From Pirellulales bacterium (GTDB lineage: Bacteria; Planctomycetota; Planctomycetia; Pirellulales; JBGAPH01), in NCBI GenBank assembly GCA_046349955.1, contig JAXMBI010000010.1, positions 102,319-166,318 of the forward strand: a stretch of DNA of 64,000 bases, given 5' to 3'. Below the pieces are notes generated by a model, which ran no database searches, was not told the DNA's origin, and was given only the letters and a program-made list of their open reading frames with translations. Shown here piece by piece: positions 9,121 to 16,068 of this stretch (the first letter of the stretch is position 1; each line of letters starts with the position of its first letter). The translations under genes and the position numbers were made by a program.

Positions 9121-9197
9121 CGCTGTGCCCTCCAACCGTTCTACGATTCACACCCCCGCTAGCAGGCCACCGCCAGCACGGGGTTTTCGACAGAGCC
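8181..9197 (-). mobile_element. IS5-family, IS903-group-like IS, copy 2 (apparently intact, 1017 bp)
   Basis: Same IRs as copy 1. 9-bp TSD GATTGGCAT (8172-8180 and 9198-9206). The size, the GGCT.TGT..AA-type IR and the 9-bp TSD resemble the IS903 group. Confidence 0.8.
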
Positions 9198-10707
9198 GAT
9201 TGGCATCCCCGGGCGCAGGCGTAGCGAGGAATGCGATGCCTGCCGGTCCCGCAGCCGAATCAAAGCTTCCAAGCTCCTGCCCGGTGGCTACGTCGAACAT
9301 GACAACTTTGTCGTTGTAGTAGCTTGTAACGAACATAGTGCTGTCTGCAAATAAGAGCGAGTTCGCTCCAAAAAGGTCGTTCGGGACAGTGTTCCATCGC
9401 GCAGCCTGGCCGCCCTCAGGCCCCACGACGTAAATCGTATCGGGGTCCGACCCGCCATACCCGGCGGCAAATGTGTAGTTCGCGAAATAAAAGCGACCAT
9501 CAGGTCCTTCGGCGACGCCAAAAGGCTCGTGCAGGTTGGAGGTATGGGCCGTCACCTCTCCGGTAGTTAGATTGAGTACGCCCGCCGTGTTTCTCTGGTC
9601 TCCGTCGACCGTAAGCACGACAAGCAGGCGGTCATCGGAAAGTAGATGAAGCCCCCACGTCTGGGCTCCCAGGTCGTACGAATGAAGGAGATCTCCCGTT
9701 GGAGAATACTCCTTGACCGACCGATCGACTTGATCAGAGACGATGGCATTCCCGTGGCTATCGAAAACGATGTCGCCGGCGGTGTTGAAGCCGGAGGCAA
9801 AGGTGTCGACGTACTCACCCGTGTCGCCGTCGAATCTCTTCACAGAGGTTTGATCGCAGACGTAAAGCAGGCCATCCGGGCCAAACTGGGCGCCCTGAGG
9901 ATGGTACAGCCCCCCAGAACCGCTAGGGACGAAGTCGCGAACGAATTTGCCTTCGAGCGTGTATTCCTTTACATCGTTGGATTTCTCTCCAGTAATGAAG
10001 AGGTAGCCCTCGTTGGGGGACTTCGCGCCATCCTCGAACCCCACCGTGTAGCCGCGCGATTCGGGCGTCGCTCCGTCCGGCATCAAGACGTCCGTCAGTT
10101 CAAGTGAGTTCTGAAAGAATCCTGCCGTCAGTCCTTCACGGCCGTACGCCTCGGAGCGGAGTCGGTAGCTGATGGGAAATGAGCCGTCTTCGCTGACGGC
10201 GACTGCCTGTGACAGATTAATCGAGAGCGGGTACAGGCCAGATTCGACAAAGAGAAGATCGCTATCCAACTGGAAATCGCCGAATTTGATGTCGCCCTCG
10301 TGCAAGCTGCCGTATTTGCCGACTGAGATAAGCCCAGCCAGCTTGCCCTGTAGGTTCAACGTTTTGGGAAATGGAGCTGGTCCGGTTAACTGACCACGTC
10401 GGTCGATGCTGATGTAGGCGGAGGCTTCAGCCAGTTCTGGGATGAATCCAGACGGGACATCGACCGACGCGGACAGGCGGATGTGCCAGTCGTTGCGCAC
10501 TGCGAGGCTCGCTCGCGTTACGAATGCTGGTGACTCCGCATCGCCAATGAATTCCCCCAGACCCTCGAATTCCGGAGTTACTGGAACCCCTTTTTCCATA
10601 CGCCCTTCGAGATAGCCCCTGGCCGTGATGCCGCCCGCCGCGGTGATGCCACGTCCGGTCAAGATGCAGGCCGAGGTCAAGAGAGCTAGAAAACTCAGCC
10701 GTAACAT
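9198..10707 (-). pseudogene. NHL/six-bladed beta-propeller surface protein, body of the gene (C-terminal anchor cut off by two IS insertions)
   Basis: Signal peptide MLRLSFLALLTSACIL. Blade-like repeats include YHPQGAQFGPDGLLYVCD, AGDIVFDSHGNAIVSD and PFGVAEGPDGRFYFAN. Ends ..ATPAPGDANR at the IS junction. Confidence 0.65.
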
Positions 10708-11422
10708 GATTGCTCAGGGCTCCATGACCTGCCTTCGGCGGCTTGCTTTGTTTGGCCCCGCCTTGTCCACGTGAGGGGGAGACGGAGATCGGTATAATGT
10801 GAGCCCAAGCGAATTGCAAGCACTCACCGCAGCCGGAAGGCTTGGCCTTCTAGCTAAGAACAGGTATCTAGCGGCTCCGAAGTGGTGCAAAGGGTCTTCC
10901 CGAGTGCCTGGTGGCGGCCGGGCCGCTCGCTCGTGCCTCCTAGCAATAAGCGTTTGGCAGGAAAGCAGTCCGCTCTTGCCGATTGTCCGATTTGTCGGTG
11001 CGGCCCGACCTAACTTTTCACTTTTCCGGGTAGTGCACCGCCATTATCGTTGAATTCGAAAGTCGGACATGCACAAAGTCGATTCCGGGCGGCTTCGAAT
11101 GCCCGGTCGCTAACCCTAACCGCGTCCGAAGGAGCCCTCTGCGGGCTTTTTCGATGACGCTGACGGTACTCTGTGTCGCACTCGCCCTGGCCTTCGGGTT
11201 GTTGCTGCGAACCGACCCGTTCTGAGCACGTGAAACTGCTTCCCTTCATCATCTATCATTTACAGAGAAGTGCTGACGGCATAGGAATCGTGGCGCTCGC
11301 CGAGCACTACATCAGTAAGCTTTGGATTCCGACGCACCTTACGCCGGACCAGGAGATGCTTGAAGTGCGTTCGGCGTAGCCTGCTCGTGTGAGTGAGTCT
11401 CTGCTCACGTGTCGGGTCCCGT

Positions 11423-11881
11423 TCAGCGAATCCACCCTCGGGTCAAGAGCGGGCTCATTGCGGGTGGCCTCAAGTGGTCCCTGGGAACTCGGCCTTCAAA
11501 CTGCTTCAGCCAGTCCAGGACCACCGCCTCAATGCAATCCCGTGCCTGCTCGAATGCTGCCAGTGTGTCGACTTCGGAGGGGTCGGGAATGGGCCAACGC
11601 CGTGTGTGGTCTTGCATCCAATCCGGAATCTTTACGGCGTCGTCCAGGGAGAAGACGTAGTCGAAAGGACCTGCAAACCACTGCAACGGTTCCGTCTGTT
11701 CATCCCTCCGGTCAAGGCCACGCAACCTCAGCGATTGGATGGTCCTCTTGTCGATGTATGCGATGGACTGGGCTGCGGAAAAAGCCTGAAATCGGTCCCC
11801 GGCGTATTTGTGAAGAATCACCGCAGCCATCAGGCTGCATGCGCCGTTGAAGCAGACAAATAGGACCTGGTCCTTTTCCAT
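11423..11881 (-). CDS. LMW phosphotyrosine phosphatase/ArsC-fold protein, degenerate P-loop (paralog 1)
   Basis: VLFVCFNGACSLMAAV against canonical V.F.C.GN.CRS.MAE: the loop is one residue short and has Cys where Arg is expected. The IPDP acid loop is kept. Start taken at MEKDQ. Confidence 0.55.
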   Translation of the reverse strand: MEKDQVLFVCFNGACSLMAAVILHKYAGDRFQAFSAAQSIAYIDKRTIQSLRLRGLDRRDEQTEPLQWFAGPFDYVFSLDDAVKIPDWMQDHTRRWPIPDPSEVDTLAAFEQARDCIEAVVLDWLKQFEGRVPRDHLRPPAMSPLLTRGWIR

Positions 11882-11935
11882 GACGAGCGTCCGTGTGGGT
11901 GGATGAGGCCACATTCTCGCGCAAGGCTGTCGTCG

Positions 11936-12406
11936 TCAAAGTCGCACGTCGTTTGGCCGGGAATTTAAACTGGCGAGGTGAGGCGCAGGCGGGCCCTGAT
12001 CTTCGCCCATGTCCTGCTCCGCGAACCGCGTCAGCCAGTCGAAGAGGACGCCTTCAATCAGATCCCGTGCCTCCGCGAACGCCGCTGGTGTGCCCACATC
12101 TACCGGATTCGGCACGTCCCAGTCCCTCACTCTGCCGGCCAGGTTGCTCGGCACCGAGACGGACTCATCGAGCACCATGATGTCCCGGAACGTCCCGCCC
12201 ATGTTCGTGAGGGGTTGAAGCCAAGGCCTGTCCCCTTCGACACCGTGCTCCTGGAGAGCTTCCTTCACCCGCGAGTCCAGGCCGCCAGGATTCGCCGCTG
12301 CACAGCAAGGCTCGAATCGGTCTGACCCGTACTTGGCCAGGATCGCAGCCGCCATCAGGCTGCGGGCGCCGTCGGTGCAAACGAAGAGAACGCGGTCCCT
12401 GGGCAT
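11936..12406 (-). CDS. LMW phosphotyrosine phosphatase/ArsC-fold protein, degenerate P-loop (paralog 2)
   Basis: VLFVCTDGARSLMAAA gives C-X4-R instead of C-X5-R. The acid loop reads VPNP instead of (I/V)PDP. Start taken at MPRDR. Confidence 0.55.
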   Translation of the reverse strand: MPRDRVLFVCTDGARSLMAAAILAKYGSDRFEPCCAAANPGGLDSRVKEALQEHGVEGDRPWLQPLTNMGGTFRDIMVLDESVSVPSNLAGRVRDWDVPNPVDVGTPAAFAEARDLIEGVLFDWLTRFAEQDMGEDQGPPAPHLASLNSRPNDVRL

Positions 12407-12444
12407 CGTGCGCCTCCATGCTGAGTGTTCGTGACCACGCCATT

Positions 12445-12681
12445 CTAGCGACCACTCCGCCTTCCATCCCAGACCCCGCCTTCGCAAGAGAGCAGATGCA
12501 CTTTCACGCAGAGGTCGTGCAGCTTGTCCCGAGCTTCGACTGAGGCCAGATAGAGCGGATCTCGTTGGGGAAAGCCTCGTTGCTCCATCCTCGCGAGCAA
12601 TCGATTCAGGAACCCCAGCATCTCAGTCAAGCGGACGTGCAGTTCACGGGCCAGTCGAGGAGTGAGCTGGCTGCTGTCCAT
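12445..12681 (-). CDS. small helical hypothetical protein, first gene of the phosphatase-like trio
   Basis: 78-aa ORF on the same strand, 38 nt upstream of paralog 2. No motif recognised. Confidence 0.35.
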   Translation of the reverse strand: MDSSQLTPRLARELHVRLTEMLGFLNRLLARMEQRGFPQRDPLYLASVEARDKLHDLCVKVHLLSCEGGVWDGRRSGR

Positions 12682-12772
12682 CTGGGCCTCGCTTGACGCA
12701 CTGAACGAACGGCCAGTATGGTAACGAGCGGGTTAGTTTTGGCCAACCAACTGCTGTAAGGCGAGGTGCATC

Positions 12773-13297
12773 ATGTCCCGGCTTGCCCTGACCCTCTTCC
12801 TGCTTGGCTGTGCGAGCGTCCTAATCGGCTCTGAGGCCGATGAACTTCGTGAGAAAGCCAGGGCGGTACGGAAGGAGGCCGCGACTCTGGCGGACCGTGG
12901 ACTCGTGGACGAGGCGGAGAAGCTGGAGCAACAAGCGTTGAGATTGCTCGAAGCGGCTGAGACGAGGGAGCACAGCGCCCCGTGGTTGGGAGGCGAACTC
13001 CCGCCGCAGTTCCGTCCCCGTGCCGAAGAACTGGAAAAGGCCGGTCGCCGGCTACACCATCTGCGAGTCGCCGCCGAGAACCTGAAGCTGGCCGGAGCAC
13101 AGGACCTCACCCACGAGACCCTGAAAAAGGCTGAGGCGATGGAGCGTGAACTTCACGGGGCGAAACAAGCCCTGACCGAGGACATTCGTCGGTCTCAGGG
13201 CTTTGACCAGGGACATGTGCTCCAAGAGTTGCGTGCCGAGATTGGTGCGTTGCGAGCCGAGGTCCGAGAGTTGCGTGAGCGGGTCGAGCATCCCTGA
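12773..13297 (+). CDS. coiled-coil lipoprotein (hypothetical)
   Basis: Lipobox LFLLGC. Charged heptad-like sequence rich in E/A/R/L. Confidence 0.5.
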   Translation: MSRLALTLFLLGCASVLIGSEADELREKARAVRKEAATLADRGLVDEAEKLEQQALRLLEAAETREHSAPWLGGELPPQFRPRAEELEKAGRRLHHLRVAAENLKLAGAQDLTHETLKKAEAMERELHGAKQALTEDIRRSQGFDQGHVLQELRAEIGALRAEVRELRERVEHP

Positions 13298-13314
13298 CGC
13301 TGCGGAGCCTTGGA

Positions 13315-13815
13315 ATGTGCGGTCGATTCACCCTGCGGCAAGTTCCCCACGAGTGGGTCAAGCAGCTTGCGCTGCCCATCTTCAGCCCGCGGTACAACAT
13401 TGCCCCTACTCAGCAAGTGCTCGCGATTCGCCAGCGAGAAGGCATTCGGGAAGCGGTCGAGCTACGTTGGGGCCTGATTCCCTCGTGGGCGGACGATCCG
13501 AAGATTGGCAATCGGCTGATCAACGCCCGTGCGGAAACGGTCGCGACCAAACCAGCGTTCCGCCAAGCCTACAAGCGACGCCGCTGCCTGATCCTGGCCG
13601 ATGGGTTCTACGAGTGGCAAAAGCAAGGCAAGACCAAGCAGCCCTACTTCATTCACCGGCCCGACGACCAGCCGTTCGCCTTCGCGGGGCTTTGGGAGTG
13701 GTGGAAAGGCAATGTGCTAGAGATTGCCTCTTGCACCATTATCACTACCGAGGCCAACGAGCTGATGCGGCCTCTGCACGACCGGATGCCGGTTATTCTG
13801 CAGTTCAACGAATGA
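13315..13815 (+). CDS. SOS-response-associated peptidase (SRAP/YedK family), C-terminally short
   Basis: MCGRF (Cys2), NIAPTQ, WGLIPSW, INARAET, ADGFYEW and HDRMPVIL. It stops 4 codons after HDRMPVIL, whereas E. coli YedK continues for ~55 residues. Confidence 0.75.
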   Translation: MCGRFTLRQVPHEWVKQLALPIFSPRYNIAPTQQVLAIRQREGIREAVELRWGLIPSWADDPKIGNRLINARAETVATKPAFRQAYKRRRCLILADGFYEWQKQGKTKQPYFIHRPDDQPFAFAGLWEWWKGNVLEIASCTIITTEANELMRPLHDRMPVILQFNE

Positions 13816-13860
13816 GGTATCGACGCCAGCAAGTGCGTTATACCAGCGCGCAGCTCGTGG

Positions 13861-14226
13861 TCATTTCGAGACGGCATCGACCGTGACAATGCGGTCCTGA
13901 ACGCTTACGACTTTGCCGAACGAAATCTTCTTGGCAAAGGCATGCGGGTCGCTGACCGGCGACAACTGGACCGTAATCTGGACAGTCGTCCCGTCGCTTA
14001 CACGCGACATGGTGCTCCTGTGCGACGGTCCCTCGATCGCATCTTGGAGTGCCTGATGGTATTTGCCCCCATCACTTTCTTGGGCGTTCACGATCACAAC
14101 GCGAACGGCATCCTGCGGAATCTCTGGCTTCTTGGGGATGGCCGCTGGCGTCTTCGGAACCTCCGTCGGTTCGCCGCCGCACCCCAAAGCCGCCAGAAGC
14201 AGAATCGCATGCAGCAGTCGCACCAA
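13861..14226 (-). CDS. lipoprotein (hypothetical)
   Basis: Lipobox LAALGCGG. 121 aa. Confidence 0.5.
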   Translation of the reverse strand: MVRLLHAILLLAALGCGGEPTEVPKTPAAIPKKPEIPQDAVRVVIVNAQESDGGKYHQALQDAIEGPSHRSTMSRVSDGTTVQITVQLSPVSDPHAFAKKISFGKVVSVQDRIVTVDAVSK

Positions 14227-14451
14227 AGACCTCGTTCTAGAGTCGAAGGGGAATGAATCACTTTGCCAGCAGGCAGTCGAAGCAACTATTGTCGGCGAAC
14301 GCCAGAGCCTGCGTCTACTGAGCTTAGAGTGCGTTTACGCTCGGCTTGAACGGGCCTCTGACTCTGGTAGGCTGCCACGGCAACGGTCAGCGGTAGGGTG
14401 ACTTGCCGAGTTTGGCCGCGGCCTTTTTGTTCGAACTGCTAGGACGGCTGA

Positions 14452-14655
14452 ATGATCCCACGTATTGGCTACGGTGGACGGCTGACGATCAAGCTCCCGA
14501 GCGAACCGCGCATTCACCTCGCGCGCGAGTCGGACGCCACGGTTTGGCCTGCCATGTTCGAGGACGGTCGAGCCGCGCCGCTGGTGGAGGTGGTCGTTCC
14601 TATCGCTGAATTGGCCAGGGCGATCGAAGTGCTCAGTGATGGGCCATCTCCCTGA
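14452..14655 (+). CDS. hypothetical 67-aa protein
   Basis: Third-position GC counted by hand is ~70%, which is coding-like. No motif recognised. Confidence 0.3.
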   Translation: MIPRIGYGGRLTIKLPSEPRIHLARESDATVWPAMFEDGRAAPLVEVVVPIAELARAIEVLSDGPSP

Positions 14656-14992
14656 CGGCCGAACGATTAGCTCCGCTCCACAATCCGACGCCGGAGATCC
14701 CCCAGGAACGCATGCGAGCGGGCAAGGCGACCGGTGAGCCGGATCGCGTTTGGGTGGCGTGAGCGGGGCTGTTCGGCGTGCGTGCGGTATGCGCGCCCTT
14801 ATTGCCAGACCGCACACTCCTGATTCGTGGACGACGAATACAACGGCCAACCTATCGAGTGCGCAGCTTTCTGCTTGCGATCTAGCAACGTTCTTCCAGC
14901 GACTAAGCTGCCTTGCCGTATGAATCTCTTGGGGGGGGCAGTCCCCCGACTAACCCGGTGCCGCTTGCCTGAGCGGCACCCTTGGGCGGTCC

Positions 14993-15030
14993 AGAAGGGT
15001 CGGCGGTTTATGGTCCCCGCCGACCCTTCT
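14993..15030 (+). promoter_or_regulatory. perfect 14-bp stem / 10-nt loop hairpin enclosing a start codon
   Basis: AGAAGGGTCGGCGG-TTTATGGTCC-CCGCCGACCCTTCT with 14/14 Watson-Crick pairs. It is preceded by an 8-bp hairpin at 14957-14980 (GGTGCCGC..GCGGCACC). Confidence 0.6.
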
Positions 15031-15138
15031 CAACTAGGGTGCTTCGCTGTGCTCGTCACTACGTTCGTGTGGTTCGTCGTGTCGCTTGCGGTCTGGCTGC
15101 TGGCAGTCTCTCGAATCGTTGGCGTGCTCGTGCATTAG
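15010..15138 (+). CDS. candidate 42-aa hydrophobic peptide (MVPADPSQLGCFAVLVTTFVWFVVSLAVWLLAVSRIVGVLVH)
   Basis: The ATG lies in the loop of the 14-bp hairpin. About 30 residues form a continuous hydrophobic stretch. Third-position GC is ~71%. Confidence 0.3.
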   Translation: MVPADPSQLGCFAVLVTTFVWFVVSLAVWLLAVSRIVGVLVH

Positions 15139-15215
15139 CTGCCCGTCCCGCCTCGGCCGCTCCTTCAGCGGGCGCGATGCTATTTCGGCGATGACCGCGC
15201 ACGCCCTTACAGAGT

Positions 15216-15506
15216 TCATTCTCCGACGGGCAACTGACGAACATACCTCCGCTCGTCTTCATCGGCGTCTTCGGCGATGACTCCCATGTACCGGGCGCCA
15301 CAGAAGGTGCATTCCCAGGACGTAGCTGATTCGTCGGGCCTCTTCCGCCGGAGCGGGGAAGGCGCGTCGCAGGTGGTGCATCGTCCAAAGCGCTCTGGGC
15401 TGTTCGCGATCATGTCGTGGACACAGACTGCAATCGGGTCACTTGGCCATCTTTCGTCAACGGTATAATCGCGCACTTGCAGGCCGAACAGAGTGCTGGT
15501 TCGCAC
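15216..15506 (-). CDS. hypothetical zinc-ribbon protein
   Basis: Two Cys pairs, CTTC and CTFC, about 20 residues apart. 96 aa. Confidence 0.35.
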   Translation of the reverse strand: MRTSTLFGLQVRDYTVDERWPSDPIAVCVHDMIANSPERFGRCTTCDAPSPLRRKRPDESATSWECTFCGARYMGVIAEDADEDERRYVRQLPVGE

Positions 15507-16068
15507 AGACCGGAGGGCCTCTCAAGGCCGGTCAATGTTTTCCCCGAGCTGGCCCACCAGGCGGCCCACCGCGGGCTATCTTGTCCGGTTGGACTTGGAC
15601 GAACCGGCCGGCAGCGAGGCGTGCCGGCCGGCTTCGTTTCGCCCCTTACCCGACCTCAGCCCCAGGCGGCCACCGGACCAACCCCGGTTGTAAGCGATCG
15701 ACGAACTGAGTGGGCATCGCGTCGAAGTGTCCGTCCATGCGGCTTGGGGGTCACTTTAGGGCCGTCGACGACACCAGCCGCGCCACTTCCCCGGCCAGGT
15801 CGGTGCGGTTGTCGTCATAGAGCGTGAGGATTCTCAGGTTGGCCCGACGGCCGCGCAGTGTCCGCGTGGCTTTGGCCGGCTGCAAGGCCTTCAACGATCT
15901 TGTTGTCTTGGACGACACGAATAGTGCAACGGGGGCAGAATAAATGGAAGCTCGGTTTTTCCCCGGTAGCTCGCGCAACCTGAACCGCAACCTAGGGTAG
16001 CATGCCCCCCTCTGGTGGGAGTTTTTCCGCATCCGGTGAGCGTGCGTTCTTCATTGATCGAGTGTCTC

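Noticed and set aside
14335-14850. 171-aa minus-strand ORF in the gene-sparse stretch
   Set aside because: It is Arg/Pro/Ser/His-rich with no motif, and it overlaps the more coding-like 67-aa plus-strand ORF. It is treated as non-coding.
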